Virus record (IMG/VR): IMGVR_UViG_3300037484_000235
Location: 27,588 to 91,587 of that record
Reading direction: 5' to 3' (one strand)
DNA: 64,000 bases
From: a virus
A model generated the notes under the pieces. The model was not told the DNA's origin, did not search any database, and saw only the letters and a program-made list of their open reading frames with translations. The first letter of the stretch is position 1; each line of letters starts with the position of its first letter. A program made the position numbers and the translations under genes. Positions 34,181 to 43,976 of the stretch are shown here, piece after piece.

Positions 34181-35632
34181 TTCATCGGCGAGGATACTGC
34201 GGGCGAGGGATCTTCCCACCCCCAGCAAGCAGGTCCATGGGCACCTCTGTGCCGAACTTGCTTCCACCAGTGATCCGCACGAATCCCGGAGGTAGACCCG
34301 GATCTCGGTGCACCCGGCCAAGGGCCTGTGTCACATCCCCCAGAGGCATTCCAGGAGTCCGACGCACCGTGGACTTGTCCGACGGACGTACCGGGCGCTC
34401 CTCATTGCGGATGATGGTCTTCGTGACCCCGGCCCGCATCGCAGCCTCAAGCTGGTCCATGACGGCCATGCGCCCCGCTCGGGACTGAGGTGGTGTAGGC
34501 GCAATCTCAGGCACCTTGCAGCGGCCACAACACGGGCCGAGGTGCTCGTCTTCTGCTGCATTGCACTCAGGCTCCGCAGGTTGGCCAAAAGGGAGTGCTT
34601 CCAGTTCGTGCCGGGCGATGCGGCGGCCCACGATGTTGACCTGGCGCAGGTCAGTGGCAATAGCCGTGAGAGCGAGTACAAGAGGGTGAGTCTCCCCGTC
34701 GAAGTGCTCCACGTAGCGGCTGCGTTCGACCTTGAGACGTCCAAGAGCAATCTTCTTGCCCTTCTCACGATCGAACACCTCACCTGGGATGAGATACGTG
34801 AAGAACGTGTCTGGCAGGGGCCCAGGCTCAGTTACCCAGTGCGGGGGCTTGTTGACGGAGTACGCGATGTAGAGCGACGAGCCCTTGATTTGAGTCACGA
34901 GGGTCATGACTCGGTCTGGATTGCGCAGGTCTTGGATGTATCGAATCTTGGTATTTGGAGTAGTCATTGTGTTCTCTACGCTCTTTGAAGTCAAGATTTG
35001 TGCTTCCAGTCAGCGAAAAGCGTGAGCCACTCTTCGAATGGTACAAAGCGATCGTACGTCCACCATCCACCAGCCTCGTTTGCGTAGTCCATCAAACTAG
35101 CCAGCTCCCTCTCAGTTACGAGACCCATTCCGTACTTAAGGTCTCCACTGCCACAGGCGGCTTCCCACAGATCGGATTCAATCTCCGAACTCCAACCAGC
35201 GCACCACGTCTCTTCAGAGATTTCCCGAATACGGCTATCCAGGAGAAGTGCAGCATTCTGGTTCCGTGCCTCACGTAATGAGGCCTCACGTGCGCCCATA
35301 CGATTCTTCTGGATCTCAGCATGTCTAGCGAGACCATCCTCAGCGATCACACGTTGTGTCGGCCAACACATATCGCAACAATCTGACGGCTGCCACACCA
35401 TCACATCCTGTTCTTCCGGGATGTTGTCGGACCAACGGTCGTAGAATTTACCGCAGTGCTTACACGTGCAGCATTGTTCGGCGTGCGCACGGCTACCCTC
35501 GGCATATCGAGCCACGTTCTCATCTGTATTCGAGGTCATGCACGTGCCTGCACCTCCGATGTGACGACACTTGCTGCACACCCAAGCATAGGTCACACCA
35601 TCTGGTCCGAACAATCGGAACGCTTCCATCTT

Positions 35633-36055
35633 CTACCCCTTTGTCCAAGTCCAAACGTACGAGGCTGTCTTGAATCCAGCGCTCCGAACCCGCTTCTTCT
35701 TGAAACCATTTTTCTCGTAGAACCTCTGTTGGTCTTCTGGGTTTGCCCCATACCCACCCGGCACAACATGTACCTTTGTGGCACCCATCGAGACTGCCTT
35801 CTCCAGTGCGAGATTCAACAGTGTGGACCCGATGCCCTTGCCCCTTACCTCTGGAGATCCTTGCACTATAGCCCTAGCTACCCACCAGTCCTCAGGGCCC
35901 CCGAGAGTGTCTAGGTCGACAGTCCCACGATTCATCCCGGCATACCAGGAAGCTGAGCAGGATTGTCCATGCCCTTGGACGACAACCTTGCCTGGTGGGA
36001 GACTCGGGTTTGCGAGGAGTAGTGTTTCGGACTCCTGGGTCTGTTGCGTTACCAC
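35633..36055 (-). CDS. GNAT family acetyltransferase
   Basis: VRGKGIGSTLL acetyl-CoA motif; RFYEKNGF. Confidence 0.8.
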   Translation of the reverse strand: MVTQQTQESETLLLANPSLPPGKVVVQGHGQSCSASWYAGMNRGTVDLDTLGGPEDWWVARAIVQGSPEVRGKGIGSTLLNLALEKAVSMGATKVHVVPGGYGANPEDQQRFYEKNGFKKKRVRSAGFKTASYVWTWTKG

Positions 36056-36062
36056 GGGTGAT

Positions 36063-36554
36063 TTACTCTTCCGGTACCAAATCTGTCTTGCCAGTCAGGT
36101 AGTCGAGAAGATCGAGACGCCCACCGTAATTGGCCCGGATCGTCTTTCTTCCGAGAAATCTATGGGCATAGATCCTGTGCCACCCGTCAATAATCACTGG
36201 GATGGGGTAGACATTACCCCCATCACACACGTTGTCCACGCTGATGGGATCTTCAAGGCCCTCTGGATTTAATAATATCCAACGGATTCTGGCGACGTGC
36301 CATCTTCGGTAAGCTGGGATCTCTGGGTCATCCGGCCGAGTGGTGTGGTCCCCTGCGCCGAGGACCCCGATGTCCTTGTTTGATGCCTTGCTGACAGATC
36401 TGAGTGTGAGGCGCGGACTGCATCCCCAGGGATCTTCCCCCTTGGGGATGAATTTTGATAGGCGAGAGAGGATGAGTACATCAGACATGGGAACCACCGG
36501 GTAGGTGTGGAAGGAGTCCGTTCTCTCGAAGCCACGCTTTCTCGTCTTGCTCAA
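36063..36554 (-). CDS. ParB/Srx N-terminal-like domain protein
   Basis: PVIIDGWHRIYA. Confidence 0.55.
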   Translation of the reverse strand: MSKTRKRGFERTDSFHTYPVVPMSDVLILSRLSKFIPKGEDPWGCSPRLTLRSVSKASNKDIGVLGAGDHTTRPDDPEIPAYRRWHVARIRWILLNPEGLEDPISVDNVCDGGNVYPIPVIIDGWHRIYAHRFLGRKTIRANYGGRLDLLDYLTGKTDLVPEE

Positions 36555-36901
36555 ACTTGTCGCTGTCCATTCGAATCAGGTACAGGGCCTGGTCGTACCC
36601 ATCTTGAGCAGTGACGACAGATCCATCCCAGCTCACTGGGGATCTCATTGCCCCGATCGCCTTGTTGAGAACCGGGTGATTTCGATTCTCGTTGTAGGCT
36701 TCCAGCTTGGAGAGCAGGCCGTCCATCACCCCTCCTTAAACATCTCGTCGGCCAGCCTTCGAACAGCACTGGCTGAAAGCTCGTAAGCGATTGCGCAGCC
36801 GTCATCGAAGTCACCTTCCGCGTTCTGCCTGGAGGACTTGGCGTCATGCTCCAGCTTGGCAGCGAGAGCTTCGAGCTTCTTCACGGTCTTGAACTTGTCC
36901 A

Positions 36902-37321
36902 TCAGCAGTGCTCCCAATCGTAGGCCACTAGGCGGCCATCCTTGGTTGTCCCGACTTGCCCGCAGTCCACCGACCACGTCCAATCAGCTTTCTCCGACCA
37001 ACCTACGTGCTTGACGGACTCCATGCGTAAAATCGGCAATCCGAACCTCGTGGACAGTTCCTGGTCGAACCAAGCACGGGCCCGAGGCTCCCACTGGTTA
37101 TCACACGTATGTTCCTCGTAGCAGTTGGCATCGATCCCACTCAGGACGGTGGGAACCTTGATTACAGTGTCACCATCACGGAAGACTGCCCGGTGACGAC
37201 CCACCATAGGCTCTCCAAAGACCTGGGTGAGTGCGGCACGGGCCTGCTCAAAGAGACATGGGTCCGGCTCGATGCACACCTCGACTGGGCGGGGCTTGGG
37301 GCGTTGCTTGGGCGGATGCAC
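36902..37321 (-). CDS. Hypothetical protein, possibly a minimal kinase-like fold
   Basis: G-x-HRAVF...VIKVP...N-x-x-E...LRME...QVG...LVAYDW. Confidence 0.4.
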   Translation of the reverse strand: MHPPKQRPKPRPVEVCIEPDPCLFEQARAALTQVFGEPMVGRHRAVFRDGDTVIKVPTVLSGIDANCYEEHTCDNQWEPRARAWFDQELSTRFGLPILRMESVKHVGWSEKADWTWSVDCGQVGTTKDGRLVAYDWEHC

Positions 37322-37538
37322 AGGATCACTCCTTCAGGGCACGGAGGGCCACGCATGCCATGCGAAGTTCCTCCCGCTCAAGCGACGTGCGGTGCCTCAG
37401 GACGACCTTGTTGCGCCGCGCAGACTTCAGCGTCGAGTAGGTCGGACGGTGGCGAAAGCCCATCGTGACCTTGTACTCGAAGTGCTCGATCGCTTCCAGG
37501 GTCTTCTTGGTGGGGGTCACGGTGTCTTCCTCGTCTAG

Positions 37539-37569
37539 ATAACGGGTGACCCACCCATAGATTACACGA
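37539..37569 (-). promoter_or_regulatory. ECF-like phage promoter
   Basis: TCGTGTAA-N17-CGTTAT-CTAGACGAGG, GTG 37520. Confidence 0.7.
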
Positions 37570-37855
37570 TCGGTAACCCCTATTCGTCGTTGGATTCGGA
37601 TCCGAAGAGTTCGTCCAGACGAAACTTCAGTGTGCGGGGCATGGCACAGTACTCGACCAACTTCCTGGTTTCTGGCTTGGACTTGAACGCATCCGAACCA
37701 GGCAAAGCTCCACGCTCCCCACGGAGGTCTACCTCCCAGGTCCAGATGTCTTCCAAAAGCTTTTCCATGAGCTTTGCCCGAGCAAGCTCTTCCGCCAGAT
37801 TCTCTAGGGTTGGGAATGTGTTGTCGCTGCGCATTTGGTCTGTCCCTCCATCTAG

Positions 37856-37885
37856 ACAACGGGTGGGGGCCCAGAGTTTATATGC
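37856..37885 (-). promoter_or_regulatory. Degenerate ECF-like promoter
   Basis: GCATATAA-N16-CGTTGT upstream of ATG 37834. Confidence 0.35.
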
Positions 37886-38401
37886 TTGAGGACACCAGAC
37901 GGTCATTCCTTTGATGGATCTGGACCTACACCCAAGTCAACGAGATTCGATCCGGCAAATTGAAGAGATACCCGAGGTGTACCTTCAATTTCCTCGATTG
38001 CTGACAACACAGATGATCGGACCTCCTTTTTGAGGCCCGATATACGACGCACTATGTTAGGGTGGCACTCGTAAGTGCAGGTCTCCTCAAACAGGGCGCT
38101 AAACACCATTGGGGTGATGGATCTCTTCAAGGCAGCAATGTCGGTTTTTTTGGACACTTGGAGGATGCTTTTTGGGAGAGTCACCATGGCACGGGTCATT
38201 CCCGTTCCTTCGATGACTACAGTCCCAGGTATCTTGCGCTTGAGCTTAGCCTGGTTGCGTAGCTCGTCTTTCAATGGCACAAGAGCTTCATTTGCACGCT
38301 TGATGACATCCCAAAGGCGTGCCCCCGCTGCAATCCGGACCTCTAGTGGGAGGTTCGGATCTTTAGCAGCAAGCATGTCACGATCAGGATCGTCCACAGC
38401 G

Positions 38402-39289
38402 CTACTTAGACGGGAAGCTTTCGGCGCGCACTACACCCTCACCAGGGATGTAGTAGCAAGCGTCCCCTTCCTTGATCTGGCTCCCGGATCTTGCACAGAT
38501 CCCATCGTGTTGAGCAACCATCTTTTTCCCCTCAGGGGCAGGAGTCACACGTGCGACGGTCTGTGTATCTGAGAGAACAGACCCAATGATCGGCCTCAAT
38601 TTGTCGATAGCCCTTTGGTTCTCTTTCGAGGATCCAGATGCAGCGACTGCGGCTATTCTGGCTGAGAGATTCGACAGCCCCTTAGCCAGGGTAGTTCCAC
38701 ACGGACTCGCAAGGGGGCAGTTAGTACAAGCTGGATCCTTCGAAGACCAGTATCCGTAACAGGGCGTATTGCCCTTGACGAGACTTCGAATGTAAGGATC
38801 CTGCATCCAGGCAGGTGCCCCGGTATCCTCTTGGGGGATTGGGGACCTGACAACAATAGGTTCCAGAGCCACTACAGGAATGGACTCCTTGACGTGTTGT
38901 GTGACTGACGGCACTTCAGGTGAAACCACTGCCTTGGGCTCCTTCGGTGCCTTGGGCTCCTTCGGTGCCTCAGGTGCAGACTTCAGTCCGTTGAACTTCG
39001 TCCAATCCGCGACCACTTCCCATCCTAGGGGGGTCAACCTCGTTGCCGTTGGACCGGGACCTGTGATGAGTCCCTTCTTGCGGAGGTGTGAAACCGCGTT
39101 GCTCATCGGGATGAGGACCGCAGGTCGCTTGTCCTTGAGACCCATGCAGTCACGCGTGAGTCCTAGATTGGCTAGTGCAAGATCCGAGAATACCGGGTAA
39201 GGATGACACGCATCTTTGTCATCCTTACCGAGGGCGGCCAGAGCGTTGCAGATCGGTTTGTGCAGTTCGGAACCAGAAACGTTGGTCAT
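38402..39289 (-). CDS. Winged-helix-like (Mrr-N-like) protein with short PK[AE] repeat and Cys-rich C-terminus
   Basis: N-domain paralogous to 39369-39905; HLRKKGLI...RLTPLG; CxxCxxxxxC. Confidence 0.6.
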   Translation of the reverse strand: MTNVSGSELHKPICNALAALGKDDKDACHPYPVFSDLALANLGLTRDCMGLKDKRPAVLIPMSNAVSHLRKKGLITGPGPTATRLTPLGWEVVADWTKFNGLKSAPEAPKEPKAPKEPKAVVSPEVPSVTQHVKESIPVVALEPIVVRSPIPQEDTGAPAWMQDPYIRSLVKGNTPCYGYWSSKDPACTNCPLASPCGTTLAKGLSNLSARIAAVAASGSSKENQRAIDKLRPIIGSVLSDTQTVARVTPAPEGKKMVAQHDGICARSGSQIKEGDACYYIPGEGVVRAESFPSK

Positions 39290-39338
39290 TGTGTGCGCGG
39301 TTCATCCCCATTTGCACAGGGAATACCTTTCTGGTTCT

Positions 39339-39368
39339 GTAACTCTTGGGATCGCCCTGTTTTCACGA
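39339..39368 (-). promoter_or_regulatory. Degenerate ECF-like promoter
   Basis: TCGTGAAA-N16-AGTTAC immediately after the stop of 39369-39905. Confidence 0.5.
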
Positions 39369-39905
39369 TCAGATCGTCGGAACAGTCGGTTCCGCGGATT
39401 CCTCAGCTACCACAGGGGCGACAGCCTTGGGCGCCTTCGGTGCCTTGGGCGCCTTGGGGGCCTTCGGTGCCTTGGGGGCCTTCGGTGCCTTGGGGGCCTT
39501 CGGTGCCTTGGGGGCCTTCGGTGCCTTGGGTGCCTTGGGTGCCTTGGGTGCCTTGGGCTCCTTCGGTGCCTTCGGTGCCTTGACAGGCATCTTCGGGAGT
39601 TCCGCACGTCCCTCTGCCACATCCCATCCAAGTGAAGTCAACTTGGACTTGCGACCATCGGATACGATGACACCACGCTGACGGAGGCTGAAAAGTGCGT
39701 TGCTCATCGGGATGAGAACCGCAGCTCTCTTGTCCTTGAGACCCATGCAATCGAGCGTGAGGTTCAGGGACGCCAGTGCGTGATTTGCGAAGTCCATGAA
39801 CTGGTGCCAGGAATCCCTGTCGGCCTTGCCGAGTTCGGCTAGGGAGGCGTAGATTGGCTTGATGAGATCGCCCTGCGAAACCGTCTTTGTCGTTGTATTC
39901 GTCAT
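39369..39905 (-). CDS. Winged-helix-like protein with histone H1-like (PKA)n tail
   Basis: DCMGLKDKR.AVLIPMSNA shared with paralogue; about 17 P-K-[AE] units. Confidence 0.7.
   Translation of the reverse strand: MTNTTTKTVSQGDLIKPIYASLAELGKADRDSWHQFMDFANHALASLNLTLDCMGLKDKRAAVLIPMSNALFSLRQRGVIVSDGRKSKLTSLGWDVAEGRAELPKMPVKAPKAPKEPKAPKAPKAPKAPKAPKAPKAPKAPKAPKAPKAPKAPKAPKAPKAVAPVVAEESAEPTVPTI
39424..39582. repeat. 9-bp coding tandem repeat (PKA)
   Basis: GCCTT[CG]GG[TGC] units, about 17.5 copies, with synonymous variation. Confidence 0.95.
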
Positions 39906-39968
39906 GATATTTCTCCGGATCTGAACACGAACTGTTTGGTGTTTACTGCATTGATTATGACAGGCCGC

Positions 39969-41183
39969 TCACCAACCATCGGTTAGTGGTCTGTCAGAAA
40001 TGTGAGAGGTGTCCCCCTCATTGACCAGGCCCCCCTTGATATGTGGGTCCATGATCCTCTTGACGTTCTCCCTAGTGTCAGCATCTGGCATTCCGTCGAG
40101 AACGACCCGGGCGGCACGTTTGAGAAGTACCTCAAGCGCTACTGTACGTGGTAGGATCTCCAGAAGATCCTCAGCCGCACTTGCCCACGAGCAGACTGTA
40201 CGGTGGCTCCACTCACAGTAGACTTCTTCCTTCTCTACACCTTCACGTACTGCAAATGTAGCACGCATCATAGTGCTGATTGCATTCGGAGCACGTTCCG
40301 CGAGCAGGGGGAACTTTGCTTTCGCGATTGGCTCTTCGTCACGTAGATCCATTGAGTGGAACTGAATCTTACGCTCGAAGCGATCCAAAATGGATGCATC
40401 AATTGGATTTGATGAGATGCATCGTCCCGTAGTGTCTCCGGCACCCGATGAATTTGCGGTGGCTACGATGGTTGTACCAGGAAACACCGGATAGATTTCA
40501 CCGGTTGGCCCGCTGATGCGACCCTGGATTGAATCCAGTATCTGACGAAGCTCCTCCGCTTGTTGGCGTGTGGCCCGATCAAAATCTGAGAGGATAATCA
40601 GGTAAGGTACGCGCCTTCCACTACCGGTCAAGTAACCGTCTCGGAGAGCCTTGAGAAGAACTCCCTCTTCCCACTTCGTTCCTTGGGCGTCAAAGCTTCG
40701 TGTGAACTTCCAGGATTGGAGATCAGCACCCTGGACGACAGAAAAGAGAAGCGAGGGACGCCTGGTCATAGCACAGAGTGCCGACACGGCTGCGTCTTTG
40801 CCAACTCCAGGGGCGCCCCACACCCAAATCGAACGGCATTTCTTGACTGCTACAGCTACGTCCTGTACATCCCTGGCGAGAGGGCCGTGGGTTGGAACAG
40901 TGTAATGTGCTGGCATTGGCAAACAGGCGGATGCAGGAACCTCTATGTCAACTGGAAATGTCACCCCCGCGAACTTCAGAGAGAGCCCCTCTACAGTAGC
41001 TTCTTTCCGCTTCCCTGTGGTGGCCTCCGGGTACTGCACTAGGTACCCATCGAGTGACAGATCGTGTTCGTTGACGAGGTGATCCCCAAGCCAATGGGCT
41101 TCTATGCCACAGATACGGCACTTGGCGAGACCAGATTGGGTAGCGATCATGTTCATTTGAGGACTAGATTGAGCGGCAGCCAA
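39969..41183 (-). CDS. MoxR/CobS-like AAA+ ATPase with N-terminal C2H2 finger and atypical Walker motifs
   Basis: GAPGVGKD, IILSDFDRA, ATANS, ILDRF; CRIC...H..H. Confidence 0.8.
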   Translation of the reverse strand: MAAAQSSPQMNMIATQSGLAKCRICGIEAHWLGDHLVNEHDLSLDGYLVQYPEATTGKRKEATVEGLSLKFAGVTFPVDIEVPASACLPMPAHYTVPTHGPLARDVQDVAVAVKKCRSIWVWGAPGVGKDAAVSALCAMTRRPSLLFSVVQGADLQSWKFTRSFDAQGTKWEEGVLLKALRDGYLTGSGRRVPYLIILSDFDRATRQQAEELRQILDSIQGRISGPTGEIYPVFPGTTIVATANSSGAGDTTGRCISSNPIDASILDRFERKIQFHSMDLRDEEPIAKAKFPLLAERAPNAISTMMRATFAVREGVEKEEVYCEWSHRTVCSWASAAEDLLEILPRTVALEVLLKRAARVVLDGMPDADTRENVKRIMDPHIKGGLVNEGDTSHISDRPLTDGW

Positions 41184-41208
41184 TCACTGATTGATTCCTT
41201 ACGCTTTC

Positions 41209-41364
41209 CAAACGAACGAGGCGACTCATCTTACACGTTATGGGCAATCTTTCTCATAACCAATCGAAATTGCTGCATATTTTATTTCAACACACAGCTA
41301 CCAATTGGGGACAGTACCCGGTAGGATTGCTGGATCGTGAAAAACTACTTTACCCAAACGTTGG
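41209..41364. promoter_or_regulatory. Divergent degenerate ECF-like promoters flanking an AT-rich spacer
   Basis: Minus ACGTGTAA-N16-CGTTTG (41209-41238); plus TCGTGAAA-N16-CGTTGG (41335-41364). Confidence 0.55.
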
Positions 41365-41382
41365 GTGTGTAAGAAGGAGAAG

Positions 41383-43455
41383 ATGACCTCTACTACAGGT
41401 AAGGACATGATGGCAGGTTCGATTTCAGGGGCACGGGTGCGCTCGGGTCATCGGGCAAGCCTGTTTGGGATCTTGGGCAGAAAGATGATCCCCATCCACA
41501 GCAGTGGAACCGGATTCATGATGCGGGGGCACTTCCCGTTCCGCCAGGTGCTCCAGAAGATAGTTGCGCACTCTAAAATCTCGGTTGACCCCCCCACTGA
41601 TCTTATCTTCCGCAAGTGGGCCAGTCAAATCTCCAAGGACTCGAAGGTCAAACCGAGTATCCAAATCGCAGAGACAGGGGACCTGCTCACACGTCGTGAG
41701 TACATGGCACTGATCGGAGGAGCGAATCATGAGGGGTGGCATCATCTCTACACTGCTCAGGGACCTGTGACAGGGGAAGAGTTGTCTCAATCTATCCTAC
41801 CTGGCTATAGGGTCGGTGTACCGTACCACTTGTACCCCGATCTGTTGAGTGCATCCCAAAATGTCTTTGAGGACATCCACATTGAAAGGATTGGATGCGC
41901 GGAGTTTCCTGGTGCCTACACGAAGATGGCGGATCTGGCAGATTTCATTCTGGACCAGGAATCCAAAGCTCTCAAATCGAATCCTGAAACGAAAGAGTCT
42001 GCGGCTGGTACTGCGTTGTGTTTGATCCGTGAAGTTGGTTTCGGCTACAACACGGTGAAAACCAGAGCAGCGATGGATCACTATCGCTCGACGCACCCGG
42101 AAATCGTTGATCTTGTACTCAACGGTGCACTTTCGCCAGTCCTACGTGAGGCCATTCCGGATGTGTCCACACCGGCTGCAATCCTTCAAGCCAAAGAAAA
42201 CAAGGGATTGTCTACAACTCTTGCCCTTCGGTTTATTGCGCTGCTTCACGAACTGGTCGTGGCCCCACCTACCCCACCTGAACCGGAAAATCAAGGGGAG
42301 ACACAACAGAACGATCCAGAACAGGATCCAGAACAGGATGATCTGAAAGATCCGGAATCGAGTAATGGAGACCCGGTAGACCTCAGCAAGGAAGAAAGAC
42401 CTGGAGGCACCTCCCCGGACGGTTCTGGTGAGGCTGCGGCGGCGATTCTCCAGTCTATACCCGATGGCGTGTTAGATTATGCGAGTGCTCTAGAGCAGGC
42501 TGTCTCAAATGCACTCAAAGCGGAGGACAAGACCCAGGAAGCTGGCGAGATGCCCTACCGACCCTACACCACAACTCAAGATCAGACACTCAAACCTACG
42601 GAAAATGAGCCTGAAGCTCGTCTTCTAATCAAGAAGGTCATTGCCGGAACCAAGAGGGAGACATCGTTCCTTCGATCCAAGCTTCGACTCATGTTTCGTG
42701 CACTAGAGGATGGTGCCAGGTTCCATGGTGTTCGAAAAGGGACTGGGCTCTCTGAACGATTTCTGGTGGACACATTGGCTTCAATCCAAGATGGAAAGGA
42801 CCCCTCTCGGGCTTTCTACGAGGACTCCACGTCGATGGACACATCGATAGCTGTTTGCATCGTAGTGGATGAGAGTTCCTCAATGTCTAGAAAGCTCAAA
42901 GACACAAGCGCAATCCTCTACACCCTGTGTCAGTCCCTAGATTCGATTGAGGCTAACTTCTCTGTAGTGGGATTCCGTGACAGAGATATTGGCTATGTTC
43001 AGGGGGCGAAGACCAATGTCGTTTACCACCGTCACGGTCCTATCACATACGACATTTTCAAGAGTTTTGAAGAAAAGTTCCGTAGCGTTTCATGGCGACT
43101 TGGGAACATCAAAGCAACCGGAGGCACTCCAATGGCCGATGGTATCGAGTTCGCCCTCAACGCTCTTTCAACACGACGGGAGGGGCACCGAATCCTTTTT
43201 GTAGTCACTGACGGTCAACCAAATCCAAACCACAGGCCAATCATTAAGGGTCAAATTCGCCGCGCCCAAGCGGCTGGTATTCTTGTCATCGGTGTGGGAC
43301 TTGGAAAAGACGCCAGGTACGTTCAAACAACCTTCCCAGACAACGTGTGGGCCATGACCCTATCGAGTATCCCTGCTCTCCTTGTTGCCAAACTTCACGA
43401 AATGGTCAGAAAGATTGGTACCTCTAAGCGAGGGATTCGAGTCAAGTCTGTCTGA
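41383..43455 (+). CDS. CobT-like vWA-domain protein with HExxH motif
   Basis: NHEGWH; acidic linker; MIDAS DESSS, GGTP, VTDGQP. Confidence 0.85.
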   Translation: MTSTTGKDMMAGSISGARVRSGHRASLFGILGRKMIPIHSSGTGFMMRGHFPFRQVLQKIVAHSKISVDPPTDLIFRKWASQISKDSKVKPSIQIAETGDLLTRREYMALIGGANHEGWHHLYTAQGPVTGEELSQSILPGYRVGVPYHLYPDLLSASQNVFEDIHIERIGCAEFPGAYTKMADLADFILDQESKALKSNPETKESAAGTALCLIREVGFGYNTVKTRAAMDHYRSTHPEIVDLVLNGALSPVLREAIPDVSTPAAILQAKENKGLSTTLALRFIALLHELVVAPPTPPEPENQGETQQNDPEQDPEQDDLKDPESSNGDPVDLSKEERPGGTSPDGSGEAAAAILQSIPDGVLDYASALEQAVSNALKAEDKTQEAGEMPYRPYTTTQDQTLKPTENEPEARLLIKKVIAGTKRETSFLRSKLRLMFRALEDGARFHGVRKGTGLSERFLVDTLASIQDGKDPSRAFYEDSTSMDTSIAVCIVVDESSSMSRKLKDTSAILYTLCQSLDSIEANFSVVGFRDRDIGYVQGAKTNVVYHRHGPITYDIFKSFEEKFRSVSWRLGNIKATGGTPMADGIEFALNALSTRREGHRILFVVTDGQPNPNHRPIIKGQIRRAQAAGILVIGVGLGKDARYVQTTFPDNVWAMTLSSIPALLVAKLHEMVRKIGTSKRGIRVKSV

Positions 43456-43459
43456 GCAC

Positions 43460-43966
43460 GTGGTAGAGTCCAGGGTGCGTGCATGTCCCGATTGCGGTCT
43501 TTCCTACCAAGACCCAAAAACAGTCTCCGAGAAGAACGCTCCGTTCGTATGCCCTGCATGTCTACGAAAGGCCGCACCGCGCCCCCCTGGGGGTTGGCCC
43601 ATCGAACCCAGATGGGTGAATGATTCCCGAGGAAGGGGCGTATTTGCCTCCCGTGACATCCTCAAGGGGGAAACGGTCGAACGCTGTTGGGTGATGCCAC
43701 TCCCGGTCGAAGAGTCCAAGATGACTCTCACCATTCCCACAATCAATCGCTATCTGTTTCCATGGTCGGATGGTCAGCGAGCAATGCTTTCGGGTGAGGG
43801 ACTACTCTACAACTTTGACTCATTGGAGGCCACCAGACGCCAGCCCAACATGGAGTGTGTCCTGCGCAGAGGGATTGCCGCCATCGAGTTCCGGGCGATT
43901 CGGGACATCCGAGAAAACGAAGAGTTGACTTGGAATTACAAACGGGCGGTGTCTCGCAGGGAGTAA
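43460..43966 (+). CDS. SET-domain (lysine methyltransferase-like) protein with Zn ribbon
   Basis: GRGVFASRDI..GE; YN...PN; AIRDIRENEELTWNY; CPDC/CPAC. Confidence 0.8.
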   Translation: MVESRVRACPDCGLSYQDPKTVSEKNAPFVCPACLRKAAPRPPGGWPIEPRWVNDSRGRGVFASRDILKGETVERCWVMPLPVEESKMTLTIPTINRYLFPWSDGQRAMLSGEGLLYNFDSLEATRRQPNMECVLRRGIAAIEFRAIRDIRENEELTWNYKRAVSRRE

Positions 43967-43976
43967 GTCCCCTGAT

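Larger units (their letters stand above)
28781..38397 (-). other. Array of small hypothetical CDSs (e.g. 28781-~29152, 29149-29412, 29409-29609, 30022-30342, 30329-30616, 30625-30846, 30843-31112, 31109-31300, 31660-31929, 31926-32297, 32524-32718, 32877-33170, 33175-33360, 33587-33808, 33814-34119, 34182-34994, 34991-35629, 37326-37520, 37580-37834, 37903-38397)
   Basis: Minus-strand tiling with overlaps and promoter-proximal starts. Confidence 0.6.

Noticed and set aside
39203..39750. Alternative-frame repeat ORFs (VPWGPS, GLRCLG, GAFGAL, RHRRPP, QGTEGP)
   Set aside because: Shadows of the 9-bp repeat. Variation is mostly synonymous in the PKA frame, which also has a paralogous N-terminal domain.
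39969..43455. CobS/CobT as cobalamin biosynthesis genes
   Set aside because: No cobN or other cob genes are present; AAA+/vWA pairs of this type are common in phages without a cobalamin role.
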